From assembly GCF_000195955.2 (NCBI RefSeq), contig NC_000962.3, positions 3,660,001 to 3,692,000 of the forward strand: DNA of 32,000 bases. The letters run 5' to 3'. The translations under genes were made by a program, and so were the position numbers. Positions 25,983 to 32,000 of this stretch are shown here, piece by piece. Under the pieces are notes generated by a model, which did no database searches, was not told the DNA's origin, and saw only the letters and a list, made by a program, of their open reading frames with translations. Source of the DNA: Mycobacterium tuberculosis H37Rv. GTDB taxonomy: Bacteria; Actinomycetota; Actinomycetes; Mycobacteriales; Mycobacteriaceae. How positions within the stretch are numbered: the stretch's first letter is position 1; each line of letters begins with the position of its first letter.

Positions 25983-26900
25983 TCACGGCCGGCAATCGGC
26001 CGCGGCTGACCATGTTGGCAACGTAGCACCGGTCAACGTGCGCGTGCTGGCGAACTCGCGGTGCGACCCGGTCAGCGGATCGTCGAACTCGATGCGCTGC
26101 GCGAGCAACTGCAGCGGTGTGCTGAAGTCGTGGGCGGCCACGGATATCACGTTGGGGTACAACGGGTCACCCATGATCGGTATCCCCAGCGCCGCCATGT
26201 GCACTCGCAGCTGGTGGGTGCGCCCGGTGGTCGGTGTCAGCCGATACAGACCGTCGCGCGCTATCCGCTCCACCAGCGTCTCCGCGTTGGGAACGCCGGG
26301 CTCACAGACCGCCTGCAGATGGCCCCGGCGCTTGACGATGCGACTGCGGACCAGGCGCGGCAGGGCCAGACCCGGGGCAACGGGTGCGCGAGCCAGATAG
26401 GTCTTGCGCACCAAACCGCGGGCGAACATCGTCTGGTAGCTGCCGCGCACCTCGCGTCGGGTGGTGAACAACAACACCCCGGCGGTCAGCCGGTCCAGCC
26501 GGTGGGCCGGGCTCAGCTCGGGCAATCCCAGTTCGCGACGCAGCCGCACCAGCGCGGTCTGCGCGACGTGTCGCCCCCGAGGCATGGTCGCCAAGAAATG
26601 TGGCTTGTCGACGACGACGATGTCGGCGTCTTGATGCAGCACTGGGACATCGAAGGGCACCGGCACCTCGTCGGGCAGGTCGCGATACAGGTGCACAACC
26701 GAACCGGGCGGCAGCACCGTGCCACTGTCGACCACCGCACCGTCGTCGTCGACCACCTCCCCGGCCAGCACCTTCGCACGGGCCGCCACGCCAAACCGTG
26801 CGGTCAGCTCGGCTAACACCGACCCGCCAAGCAGTCGCACCCGCACCGGCCCCAGCACGTCGTGCACGCTAAGCAAACGATCCTCTGGCCGCAACGCCAC
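25983..26900 (-). CDS. RluA-type RNA pseudouridine synthase (Rv3300c-like)
   Basis: 305 aa; PAHRLDRLTAGVLLFT motif and N-terminal S4-like region. Confidence 0.88.
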   Translation of the reverse strand: MALRPEDRLLSVHDVLGPVRVRLLGGSVLAELTARFGVAARAKVLAGEVVDDDGAVVDSGTVLPPGSVVHLYRDLPDEVPVPFDVPVLHQDADIVVVDKPHFLATMPRGRHVAQTALVRLRRELGLPELSPAHRLDRLTAGVLLFTTRREVRGSYQTMFARGLVRKTYLARAPVAPGLALPRLVRSRIVKRRGHLQAVCEPGVPNAETLVERIARDGLYRLTPTTGRTHQLRVHMAALGIPIMGDPLYPNVISVAAHDFSTPLQLLAQRIEFDDPLTGSHREFASTRTLTGATLPTWSAAADCRP

Positions 26901-26911
26901 ACGAGACCCTC

Positions 26912-27577
26912 TCAGTAAGTGGAAATCTCGTCCTCGGTCGGTAGCACCCCGGTGACCATGAAGATGACGCGGCGGCCCACTTCCACAGCGTGGTCGGCGA
27001 AGCGCTCAAAGAAACGACCCAGCAACGCCGTTTCCACACCGACGCGAACGCCGTGCCGCCATTCTCGATCTATCAGCACGCTCAGCAAATGCCTATGCAG
27101 GTCATCCATCGCGTCGTCACGATCGTGCAGTTGCGCGGCTTCCTGCGGGTCACGGTTCACCAGCACTTGTCTTGCACTGTCACCCAACGCGATTGCCACC
27201 TTCGCCATGTCGGCGAAGCAGTTGCGAACTTCCTCAGGAAGCACCTGGTTCGGATACTCGCGTCGGGTGATCTTGGCAATATGCACAGCCAACGCACCCA
27301 TGCGCTCGGTGTCGGCGATGATCTGCACCGCACTGAAGATTTCCCGCAGCTCGCCGGCCACCGGATGTTGCAACGCCAGCAGCGCGAACGCTTCCTTTTC
27401 GACTTGGGCTCGCATCGCCACGATCCGCTCATGGTCACGGATTACTTGTTCAGCGGCGCCAATGTCGGCCTCGAGCAGAGCCTGCGTTGCGCGTTTCATC
27501 GCTATCCCGGCCAGGCTGCACATCTCTCCCAATCGTCCGGCCAACTCGGTTAGCCGCTGGTGATAGACCGTCCGCAT
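26912..27577 (-). CDS. phoY1: PhoU-family phosphate transport regulatory protein
   Basis: 221 aa; [24 protein letters not shown] and the three-helix-bundle PhoU repeats. Confidence 0.92.
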   Translation of the reverse strand: MRTVYHQRLTELAGRLGEMCSLAGIAMKRATQALLEADIGAAEQVIRDHERIVAMRAQVEKEAFALLALQHPVAGELREIFSAVQIIADTERMGALAVHIAKITRREYPNQVLPEEVRNCFADMAKVAIALGDSARQVLVNRDPQEAAQLHDRDDAMDDLHRHLLSVLIDREWRHGVRVGVETALLGRFFERFADHAVEVGRRVIFMVTGVLPTEDEISTY

Positions 27578-27631
27578 GGTGTCACGCCTCTCTGACCCTG
27601 AGTCGTCGTGTGGTGCTGCCGCGGATCCACA

Positions 27632-27653
27632 CCGCCATCATCGACCATGGCGG
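27632..27653. other. Perfect 7-bp inverted repeat (hairpin candidate)
   Basis: CCGCCAT-catcgacc-ATGGCGG in the glpD2-phoY1 intergenic region, with no T tract. Confidence 0.6.
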
Positions 27654-27664
27654 CACCGCGCGAC

Positions 27665-27691
27665 ATACCCGCTTGGCGTAGCCTTCAATCC
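27665..27691 (-). promoter_or_regulatory. Predicted SigF-dependent promoter upstream of phoY1
   Basis: Minus strand GGATT-N16-GGGTAT, a full match to GGWWT-N16/17-GGGTAY. The -35 overlaps the glpD2 stop. Confidence 0.82.
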
Positions 27692-29442
27692 AAAGGCACC
27701 GGCTCGAGGATCTCGGCACGCGCCTCGGGTGCGCTGGCCCGCAACATGTCCGCCGAAACGTCGTCGGGCTGGGCCTGGGAGAGCACCTCGGCCTCCACGC
27801 GCGCCATATAGTTCGCGACCTCGCGGTCGATGTCTGCGGCGGTCCACCCGAGCACGGGCGCGACCACCTCGGCCACCTCCCGGGCGCAGTCGACGCCCCG
27901 GTGCGGGTATTCGATGGAAATCCGCATCCGACGGGCCAGGATGTCCTCGAGATGCAGGGCGCCCTCGGCGGCGGCGGCGTAAGCGGCTTCCACCTTCAAA
28001 TAGCCCGGTGCCTCCGTTATCGGGCTCAACAGGCTGGGATCGGAGGCCGCCATCGCTAGAACGTCGCTGATCAGCGAACCATAGCGGTCCAGCAGATGGC
28101 GCACCCGGTACGGGTGCAGGCCCTGCAGCGCGCCGACGTGTTCGGCCTGATTGACCAGTGCAAAGTAACCGTCGGCGCCCAGCAGGCTGACCTTCTCGGT
28201 GATCGACGGCGCAACGCGGGCGGGGATGAACTGCACAGCAGCGTCGATCGCGTCGGCCGCCATTACTCGGTAGGTGGTGTACTTGCCACCGGCGATGGCC
28301 ACCAGGCCCGCCGCCGGCACAGCCACGGCGTGTTCCCGGGACAGCTTGGAGGTGTCGTCGCTTTCCCCGGCAAGCAGCGGCCGCAGCCCGGCGTACACTC
28401 CGTCAATGTCGGCGTGCGTCAACGGGGTCGCCAACACGGCGTTGACAGTGCCCAGGATGTAGTCGATGTCGGCCTTGGTGGCCGCGGGGTGCGCCAGGTC
28501 GAGGTTCCAGTCGGTATCGGTGGTTCCGATGATCCAGTGACTTCCCCACGGAATGACAAACATCACCGACTTCTCCGTGCGCAGGATCATCGCGACGTCA
28601 CTGACAATCCGGTCCCGCGGCACCACCACATGCACGCCCTTGGATGCGCGCACCTGGAAGCGCCCGCGCTGTTTGGACAACGCTTGAATCTCATCGGTCC
28701 AGACCCCGGTCGCGTTGACCACGACGTGGCCGCGAACCTCGGCAACCGCGCCGTTCTCGGAGTCGCGGACGCCCACGCCGATCACCCGGTCACCCTCTCG
28801 CAACAAGGCCACTACCTGGGTGGAGCAGCGGACAACCGCGCCGTAATGCGCCGCGGTGCGCGCGACCGTCATGGTGTGCCGGGCGTCGTCGACGACGGTG
28901 TCGTAGTAACGGATACCACCGATCAGCGAGCTGCGCTTCAAGCCGGGGCTCAGTCGCAGCGCACCGGCGCGAGTAAAATGCCGTTGCGCCGGAACCGATT
29001 TCGCGCCACCCAGCCGGTCGTAAAGAAAGATACCCGCGGCGATGTAGGGACGCTCCCACCAGCGTTTGGTCAGCGGGAACAAAAACGGCAGCGGCTTGAC
29101 CAAATGCGGTGCCAGCGTGGTCAGCGACAGTTCACGTTCATAGAGCGCCTCACGCACCAGCCCGAACTCCAGTTGCTCGAGGTAGCGCAGCCCGCCGTGG
29201 AACATCTTCGAGGAGCGGCTCGACGTGCCGGAGGCCAAGTCCCGCGCCTCGACCAACGCCACCTTGAGCCCACGGGTGGCAGCATCCAAAGCGCATCCGG
29301 AGCCCACTACTCCGCCGCCGATCACCACGACGTCGAATTGCTCGGTTCCGAGTCGCTTCCAGGCGACCGCGCGCTGTGCAGGTCCCAGCGCCGCGGCGGG
29401 CCACCCCTGCCCGCCGTCCGGTGCCTGGATTGGGTTGCTCAC
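27685..29442 (-). CDS. glpD2: FAD-dependent glycerol-3-phosphate dehydrogenase
   Basis: 585 aa; FDVVVIGGGVVGSGCALDAATRGLKVALVEARDLASGTSSRSSKMFHGGLRYLE. Confidence 0.95.
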   Translation of the reverse strand: MSNPIQAPDGGQGWPAAALGPAQRAVAWKRLGTEQFDVVVIGGGVVGSGCALDAATRGLKVALVEARDLASGTSSRSSKMFHGGLRYLEQLEFGLVREALYERELSLTTLAPHLVKPLPFLFPLTKRWWERPYIAAGIFLYDRLGGAKSVPAQRHFTRAGALRLSPGLKRSSLIGGIRYYDTVVDDARHTMTVARTAAHYGAVVRCSTQVVALLREGDRVIGVGVRDSENGAVAEVRGHVVVNATGVWTDEIQALSKQRGRFQVRASKGVHVVVPRDRIVSDVAMILRTEKSVMFVIPWGSHWIIGTTDTDWNLDLAHPAATKADIDYILGTVNAVLATPLTHADIDGVYAGLRPLLAGESDDTSKLSREHAVAVPAAGLVAIAGGKYTTYRVMAADAIDAAVQFIPARVAPSITEKVSLLGADGYFALVNQAEHVGALQGLHPYRVRHLLDRYGSLISDVLAMAASDPSLLSPITEAPGYLKVEAAYAAAAEGALHLEDILARRMRISIEYPHRGVDCAREVAEVVAPVLGWTAADIDREVANYMARVEAEVLSQAQPDDVSADMLRASAPEARAEILEPVPLD

Positions 29443-29456
29443 GAAACCGGCTCCTG

Positions 29457-30938
29457 TCAGTTACTCGTCGGTAGGTGGTGTGGCACCAAGGCTAGTTGTT
29501 CAGCCGCGTCTTGAGCTGCCGTGCAGTCCAGATCGTCGTGCGCCATCAGCCGGCGGGCCGCCTCGGTTATCGAACCCGACAACGATGGGTAAACGGCCAG
29601 TGTCTGGGCCAGCTCGTTGACGGTGATGCGGTTCTGAACGGCTACGGCGATGGGCAGGATCAGCTCCGATGCGATCGGCGCCACCACCACGCCGCCGATC
29701 ACAACGCCGGTGGACCGCCGGCAGAAGATCTTGACGAACCCGTGACGCATCTCCGACATCTTGGCGCGCGCGTTGGTTCGTAACGGCAGCATGATGGTCC
29801 GGGCGGCCACCGAACCGGCGTCGATGACCGATTGCGGCACCCCGACCGCGGCGATCTCGGGCCTGGTGAAAACCGTCGCGGCCACCGTGCGTAACCGGAT
29901 CGGGCTGACGCCCTCCCCCAGCGCGTGGTACATCGCGATGCGGCCCTGCATTGCGGCGACCGACGCCAGGGGCAGCAAACCCGTGCAGTCGCCCGCGGCG
30001 TAGATGCCGGTCGCCAACGTCCGCGACACCCGGTCCACGGTCAGGTAATTGCCCCGGCCAAGCTGGATGCCGACCCGTTCCAGGCCCAGGCCGCTGGTGT
30101 TGGGCACCGACCCGATGGTCATCAGGGCGTGGCTGCCCTCGACGGTGCGACCGTCGGTCATCGTGACGAGCACCCCGGCCCCGGTGCGGGTGACCGATGC
30201 TGCCCGGGCATTTTTGAACAGCCGGACTCCCCGTTCGGCGAACGACTCTTCCAGGACCAGCGCAGCGTCAGCGTCCTCATACGGCAGCACGTGGTCCTGG
30301 CTGGCCACCACCGTGACCGGCACCCCCAATTCGGTATAGGCGTCCACGAACTCAGCACCGGTAACCCCGGAGCCCACCACGATGAGGTGGTCGGGCAACG
30401 CGTCCAAGTCGTAGAGCTGCCGCCAGGTCAGAATGCGCTCACCGTCCGGCTGGGCCGACGGCAGGATCCGCGGGCTGGCGCCGGTGGCGACCAGCACGAC
30501 GTCGGCCTCATGCTCACTGGTGGAGCCGTCGGCGGCGGTCGCCTTAATGCGATGGCGCGCCAGACCCGGTGTGGAGTCGATCAACTCGCCCCGGCCGGCG
30601 ATCACCTGAACCCCCATGCTGAGCAGCTGGGCGGTGATGTCGGCCGACTGTGCGGCGGCCAGCGTCTTGACCCGGGCATGGATTTGCGGCAACGAGATCT
30701 TGGCGTCGTCGAAGTCGATATGAAAGCCCAGGTGCGGCGCTCGGCGCAGTTCGGTACGCAGCCCGGTGGAGGCGATGAACGTCTTCGACGGCACACAGTC
30801 GTCCAGTACGGCAGCCCCGCCGATGCCGTCGCAGTCAATCACGGTAACTTGGGTTGTTTCCGGGTGTGAGGTGGCGGCCACCAGTGCGGCCTCGTAACCG
30901 GCCGGGCCGCCACCGAGGATCACGATGCGGGTCACCAC
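29457..30938 (-). CDS. lpdA: Dihydrolipoamide-dehydrogenase-like flavoprotein / NAD(P)H quinone reductase
   Basis: 493 aa from GTG 30938; VTRIVILGGGPAGYEAAL and pyridine nucleotide-disulfide oxidoreductase fold motifs. Redox motif is GGAAVLDDCVPSK. Confidence 0.92.
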   Translation of the reverse strand: MVTRIVILGGGPAGYEAALVAATSHPETTQVTVIDCDGIGGAAVLDDCVPSKTFIASTGLRTELRRAPHLGFHIDFDDAKISLPQIHARVKTLAAAQSADITAQLLSMGVQVIAGRGELIDSTPGLARHRIKATAADGSTSEHEADVVLVATGASPRILPSAQPDGERILTWRQLYDLDALPDHLIVVGSGVTGAEFVDAYTELGVPVTVVASQDHVLPYEDADAALVLEESFAERGVRLFKNARAASVTRTGAGVLVTMTDGRTVEGSHALMTIGSVPNTSGLGLERVGIQLGRGNYLTVDRVSRTLATGIYAAGDCTGLLPLASVAAMQGRIAMYHALGEGVSPIRLRTVAATVFTRPEIAAVGVPQSVIDAGSVAARTIMLPLRTNARAKMSEMRHGFVKIFCRRSTGVVIGGVVVAPIASELILPIAVAVQNRITVNELAQTLAVYPSLSGSITEAARRLMAHDDLDCTAAQDAAEQLALVPHHLPTSN

Positions 30939-30950
30939 AGCCCATAACCT

Positions 30951-31066
30951 AGCTCGGCGACGATGCACGCCGCGCAGCGGCGTGAGGAGGAGCCGAGCAG
31001 TCCAACACAGCTCGGCGACGATGCACGCCGCGCAGCGGCGTGAGGAGGAGCCGAGCAGTCAAGCAC
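30951..31066 (+). repeat. 58-bp tandem repeat, two near-perfect copies plus a degenerate third start
   Basis: Copies at 30951-31008 and 31009-31066 differ at 2 positions. A degenerate copy begins at 31067. The 58-bp period matches the MTBC locus VNTR 3690/Mtub39. Confidence 0.95.
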
Positions 31067-31140
31067 AGCTTGACGATGACCCGCACCGCAGCGCGGCGCG
31101 ATGGGTACCACCCGAGCCCCCGCCGTCTAAGCTTTCCCCC

Positions 31141-31620
31141 GTGCCGCTCTACGCCGCCTACGGGTCGAACATGCATCCCGAGCAGATGCTCGAGCGCGCA
31201 CCCCACTCGCCGATGGCCGGAACCGGCTGGTTACCCGGGTGGCGGCTGACGTTCGGCGGCGAGGACATCGGCTGGGAAGGGGCGCTTGCCACCGTCGTCG
31301 AAGACCCAGATTCGAAGGTGTTCGTCGTGCTCTACGACATGACCCCGGCGGACGAGAAGAACCTTGACCGGTGGGAAGGCTCCGAGTTCGGCATCCACCA
31401 GAAGATCCGATGCCGCGTGGAGCGCATTTCCTCGGACACCACAACGGATCCCGTCCTCGCGTGGTTGTACGTTTTGGACGCCTGGGAGGGTGGCCTGCCG
31501 TCGGCCCGCTATCTAGGTGTGATGGCCGATGCCGCTGAGATCGCGGGCGCGCCAAGTGATTACGTACATGACTTGCGTACTCGCCCGGCCCGCAACATCG
31601 GCCCGGGAACTATTGCCTAA
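31141..31620 (+). CDS. Gamma-glutamylcyclotransferase-like protein (Rv3304-like)
   Basis: 159 aa from GTG 31141; LYAAYGSNMHPEQM and LYDMTPADEKNLDRWEG. Confidence 0.85.
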   Translation: MPLYAAYGSNMHPEQMLERAPHSPMAGTGWLPGWRLTFGGEDIGWEGALATVVEDPDSKVFVVLYDMTPADEKNLDRWEGSEFGIHQKIRCRVERISSDTTTDPVLAWLYVLDAWEGGLPSARYLGVMADAAEIAGAPSDYVHDLRTRPARNIGPGTIA

Positions 31621-31638
31621 TTATCGCGAGCGCCCAGG

Positions 31639-32000
31639 CTAATGCGCGGCGGCCTGCTCGATGATGTTGACCATCACCCGCAGCCCGATCGCCAGGGCTC
31701 GCTCGTCGATGTCGAACGTCGGCTGATGCAGGTCCAACTGCAGTCCGTCACCGGACCACACGCCCAGTCGAGCCATCGCGCCGGGAACCTCCTCCAAATA
31801 CCAGGAGAAGTCCTCACCACCGCCGGACTGCCGGGTATCGGCCAGCACACCTGGGCCAATAGCCTCAATAGCGTGGGCGAGAATGCGTGTCGAGATTTCC
31901 TCGTTGACCACCGGCGGCACCCCCCGACGGTATTGCAGCGTGTGCTCGATCGCCAACGGTAATAGCAACGCCGAAATGGCTTGGCGGACAAGCTCCTCAA
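31639..32000 (-). CDS. amiA1: M20-family amidohydrolase/peptidase, C-terminal part, truncated by the window edge
   Basis: Open frame to nt 32000; GGGEDFSWYLEEVPGAMARLG is the conserved C-terminal M20 motif. Confidence 0.85.
   Translation of the reverse strand, partial: EELVRQAISALLLPLAIEHTLQYRRGVPPVVNEEISTRILAHAIEAIGPGVLADTRQSGGGEDFSWYLEEVPGAMARLGVWSGDGLQLDLHQPTFDIDERALAIGLRVMVNIIEQAAAH

Noticed and set aside
28096-29514. 472-aa plus-strand ORF opposite glpD2
   Set aside because: Shadow ORF of glpD2 with no recognisable family features.
31103-31108. GGGTAC resembling a SigF -10 upstream of Rv3304
   Set aside because: No GGWWT-like -35 at 16-17 bp spacing (sequence there is CCGCA/CGCAC).

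Overview
The window is ordinary, gene-dense, high-GC actinobacterial chromosome. Gene order and protein sequences match, from memory and without a database search, the Mycobacterium tuberculosis complex segment Rv3277 to Rv3305c. The order is GtrA-like protein, PH-domain membrane protein, birA, accD5, accE5, maf, sseA, sufE-like, accA3, sigF-rsbW/usfX-usfY-Rv3289c, lat, lrpA, DUF1338/HglS-like, pcd, DUF4143 remnant, tetR, lhr, nei2, lpqC, atsB, pseudouridine synthase, phoY1, glpD2, lpdA, GGCT-like, amiA1 (partial). I found no RNA genes, insertion sequences, prophage or CRISPR. I did not find a clearly undescribed system. The observations most worth a second look are: (1) a DUF1338 gene, resembling 2-oxoadipate dioxygenase/hydroxyglutarate synthase HglS, between lat/lrpA and pcd, suggesting a more complete lysine/2-aminoadipate catabolic locus; (2) a 30% GC patch upstream of lat with helically phased GCTG boxes and a possible leaderless start; (3) two SigF-type promoter matches, upstream of rsbW and phoY1, the latter with a hairpin in the predicted 5' UTR; (4) two VNTRs, a 63/36-bp array at the accD5 stop/accE5 start and a 58-bp array between divergent lpdA and Rv3304; (5) four contiguous ~22-bp imperfect repeats at the 5' end of a truncated AAA/DUF4143 gene; (6) an LpdA lacking one redox cysteine; (7) a membrane-domain/sulfatase fusion in AtsB.
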